From Candidatus Moraniibacteriota bacterium (GTDB lineage Bacteria > Patescibacteriota > Minisyncoccia > Moranbacterales > GCA-2747515): 41,822 nt of DNA. Under the pieces are notes generated by a model that was not told where the DNA came from, ran no database searches, and was given only the letters and a program-made list of their open reading frames with translations. Positions 41,501 to 41,822 of the stretch are shown here, piece by piece. The position numbers and the translations under genes are program-made. The stretch's first letter is position 1. The number at the start of each line of letters is the position of its first letter. The DNA lies in the NCBI GenBank assembly GCA_029938745.1, contig JAOZUJ010000002.1, positions 1 through 41,822 on the forward strand, given 5' to 3'.

Positions 41501-41822
41501 CATTATCAGTTCCAAATTCCAACCCATCACCAGCTGCATTTACTTTTACAAATTGATTTGCTGTGTAACTTCCTGGAGTATCTGTAAGTCCAAGGAAAGT
41601 TGTTGTGCCACTCCCAGGTGTTTCTGCCTGCCAACCATTAGTTGTATCGAAGGTTAAAACTTGTCCATCAGTTGGAGACATTGATGAATAAACATCAGAA
41701 AGGTCTGTGATTGATTCTCCTGATATTGTTGTGAGATAACCTTCTGCAGAATGATCTCCCCAATTAAATGCTGTATCCCAATTTGTTGAGTTATTTGTTG
41801 TATCACATACTAAACCTGAACC
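32559..41822 (-). CDS. Giant mosaic tail-fibre/adhesin-like protein (>=3087 aa, 5' end outside the window) with FG-GAP/VCBS repeats, YadA-head-like repeats and a peptidase S74 domain
   Basis: The frame stays open from 41681 to the window edge (…NWDTAFNWGDHSAEGY…). It has two sets of five DxDNDGDxD repeats, ten H(A/T)EG repeats, SDKRLK...IGFIAQDVKEIIPEVV...GISYG...AIKEQ (S74), and a KVNWWIVE end. Confidence 0.9.
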   Translation of the reverse strand, partial: GSGLVCDTTNNSTNWDTAFNWGDHSAEGYLTTISGESITDLSDVYSSMSPTDGQVLTFDTTNGWQAETPGSGTTTFLGLTDTPGSYTANQFVKVNAAGDGLEFGTDNDTTYSVATGNTLLSLTGTEFSLSEGILSDGALCKYVVGTGLECNTSPSDFLSTGLEELTEGPNTGWRLVGQNPDNYGNIGNNAVDLSSGTTYDYPSNVDDDFTGSDGDAPNPIIWDRTFTGTSTADIQSNQLRLNKVTGQGYTAGIMSQYYLSGSSDFDVQIDHGNPPPMGSSLDFRIYNDSGHYNLIRIHSDGHYYLYSYDGIGSSGNGAATIGSNRRIRISRVSGTTSAYYWNGSNWILIGTFSRDVSDDVRVSAILRTTNTGNSGSIDMDNYAVNAGALVWPDAYGDGATGTYSLATGYNTASRGNYSVAMGEGTIALNQGSLATGLYNIGTSTDTIHETGIGIDNDNRANAFEIYTDGRILAPELSITEINTSNASLTTKEYVDLAAASANTDTLEDLACANGEIAQWDGTDWVCSDTSVVTPWTEDGSDIYFDTGNVGIGTDAPTSSLSIAGNFDIQATSSSTSSRVDTTEEDFNAGTTSDTIVQYNGEIAEITLGDDPNDPNWTKLSSNWTGVVTSAWAGPEMIDIDNDSDYDMFISYSQHIGYYRNDGTDAIPLWTFEDPSVLQPTTFMASLEFADMDNDGDPDLIAGDSPGYVVYYRNDGTIGSPIWTLVSSNWLGVDMGTLIGIAATDIDNDGDYDLALGENNGLVEYWRNDGTPTTPSWSLISSNWLGVDVGERARPAFVDIDNDGDQDLAVGGYDGYVEYFRNDGDATSPSWTHVSSDWIGDVGSTASPAFADMDNDGDLDLAVGDGAGAIHYFQNGVSFVPTGDFTSQPINSTATSYTTIEWTETVPTNTDIQIQIRSASTEAGLTAATWYGPTGTGDYYTTSVGENINATHDGDTWYQYKAYLTSTDGSSVPTLKDVTINFDYTSTLIVDTQGRFGLGTAPDSFFDIGGNLQINEGGVVTKGTWNGSTIDTAYGGTGLTSYNTGDLIFASATDNLDTLTIGTSGQILSSTGSSIEWVTPTDNDTTYTAGTLLGLSGSNEFSVNTGTLTDGRICTYTTANGLVCDTDPTLLIATGLETLDEGSGTGWRLIGRNPLDYGNIGVNAVDFSYSSSASTTRGATGTYSFVEGYNNTASDYYTHAEGAGNIASGRASHAEGEATISSGQWGSHTEGYTTTASGASAHAEGSHTTASGNRSHAEGDHTTASGHYSHAEGLSSRATNESAHAEGRWTLASGYWGSHAEGFVTEASGQYGSHAEGYESTASGQSSHAEGAYTIAQNANQHSAGLYNLGTSSDTIHETGIGVDNANRANAFEIYTDGSILAPQFSIAEINSRGNTALTTKEYVDSVASGGVTTFLGLSDTPGSYTANQFVKVNAAGDGLEFGDDNDTLGDLTCANGNIAQWDGTSWECSDTSVVTPWTEDGSDIYFNTGNVGIGTDVPTSTLSIAGNFNINASANNTSSRTDTTDDDFNAGTTSDTNVQYTGKNAEIVLGGDPGNPDWNHESSDWLPVSVCAWNGQPAFSDIDNDGDYDLAVGDCTGRIEYFRNDGTASSPFWTHVSSDWLPVRVSPNGGGPNASPAFADMDNDGDYDLVVGSDQNRINYFRNDGTASSPSWTHASSDWVPVRANSMFPTLADIDNDGDYDLAVGNWDGYVDYFRNDGTASSPSWTHVSSNWLPVDVGLEAAPFFVDIDNDGDYDLAVGETTGVVYYFRNDGTASSPSWTHVSSDWLPVDVGHYAKPSLADVDNDGDIDIVVGGHNGGGQSSMYYFSNDISIKPSGDFTSQAINIPASAQTYTTVEWTETIPTNTDIEIQLRSAGTEAGLSTATWYGPTGTGDYYTTSAGENINSTHDGDDWYQYKVYFTSTDGSSVPILKDLSVNFTYSSILVVDSQGRFGLGTSTPSSLFDIAGNFKISESGYVTDGTWQGNIIDVAYGGTGLTSYNTGDLMYGNDGGTLSALPLGNVGYVLTAGDSGPGWDSSLYISPSSHKVGIGTVTPDYKLDVNGDGRFTDALTIGAYTLPNTDGTNGQILKTNGSGDLTWQTDSTGSVPTAIWDTDGDTGIQTEKNANEDIIRFDLGGTEYFTMDGPRLNVMNSGGSVFIGDHAGEADDFSDNRNVFIGYNAGERNTTGYWNVGIGSIALQDNLDGYANTASGYGALANNTDGNDNSAFGRMALVGNNSGINNTAMGSRAMMNGIDGDNNTAIGQYALAAGSTGSYNTVLGSFAGRNASGSANTLLGYDAGGNINTGSNNLIIGYDIDAQNAAGSNQLSMGNLIFGTGIDGTGTTVSSGNIGIGAVVPNERLQVAGAINLGTTTNSNTGSIRYNGTDFEGYNGTDWLSLTNNGTGGSLQIEWSFKDSTTSGDPGNGNFRLNNATVASVTEIYFSEESSNAEVSNILNSLKSGDQIYLQRLDDQNEAGLYLINSVTDNGSWVTMSVTNESSGTETSWTNNKKFGSVILFSSDSSTAVAGSTGAIQFNNGGDLGADDTNFFWDDANNRLGIGTSTPNAKLSIFGTDNKMRLSYDSSNYTDFSVNSAGELLISATSATESAMVIGSGVAQDTSIQFDGNAHDFFSGIDNATSSYTIGSGLNVTSSAVETGPGTVSFLIPITTNITGYNTKFTSTFSVGSTITVGGETRTIATIASDTFMTTTIGFSSSGGGTYTYIAGTKLTVEPSGNVGIGTTNPTERLEVYNGSTTGTYTTSGWVHSSDKRLKTHITPMESSLDKVLSLENIYFNWRANPNSNRQIGFIAQDVKEIIPEVVVGSEEYGYGISYGNITALLTGAIKEQNQLITTNSNNVSNLSLQTDTNINTLQQLQTSVDENLGDIENQFVDVAGQVNNLSLQVQKNDSNILTVQEKANVNANLINDIENRMIDIKTTHEELMSFFISINPDTLVYTDDQGDLTIEGVVNTVKLVAQEIETEKLTIAGGKNETIGVVSICPVNYVLVDSECVEDTSDENKNDGKSVFVKSDAISENTTIFTTFENNPGTTSWVEKSKDEDDEFDGFVINLEGTVEKAVKVNWWIVEKIANN
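37800..38290 (-). repeat. 14-15-aa xxASGxxSHAEG repeats (Hep_Hag/YadA-head-like beta-roll)
   Basis: About 42-bp periodic repeats; ten H(A/T)EG units plus one FVEG unit in the translation. Confidence 0.8.

Noticed and set aside
12381..41822. Prophage or tailocin, suggested by tail-fibre and S74 domains
   Set aside because: No capsid, terminase, sheath, baseplate, lysis or integrase genes. The complete fibre has a signal peptide, and housekeeping genes (rpmB, rpmG, malic enzyme) are interspersed.
433..41822. Alternative genetic code (UGA=Gly) or frameshifted pseudogenes
   Set aside because: Long ORFs are intact under code 11, UGA stops overlap downstream ATGs, and no split genes were evident.

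Overview
AT-rich bacterial chromosomal segment. TGA acts as a stop (ATGA overlaps at 5066-5069 and 6757-6760), so this is code 11. Almost all genes lie on the minus strand. Gene content and the general lack of Shine-Dalgarno sites suggest a Patescibacteria/CPR (Parcubacteria/Moranbacteria-like) genome; this is an inference. From left to right: tRNA-His/Arg/Lys; an envelope cluster (O-antigen-ligase-like TPR protein, DUF192, WecA/TagO-like transferase, GT2, rmuC, wHTH protein); a PP2C-like membrane protein; an orphan fabZ unit; a secreted 1299-aa fibre protein with a peptidase-S74 autochaperone; two MacAB/LolCDE-type ABC modules without TolC; malic enzyme; a thioredoxin-like protein; a Met-rich lipoprotein; a VIT1/CCC1 transporter; rpmB and rpmG (rpmG is missed by the ORF track); a triple-module DUF285/BspA-type repeat protein; and the 3' part of a giant (>=3087 aa) mosaic S74 fibre gene. 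The best candidate for an undescribed system is the pair of non-prophage, phage-tail-like S74 fibres. Both continue about 240 aa past the autocleavage domain into a shared coiled coil plus C-terminal module. Several long intergenic palindromes fall into two motif families. No integrase, transposase, reverse transcriptase or CRISPR/cas was seen.
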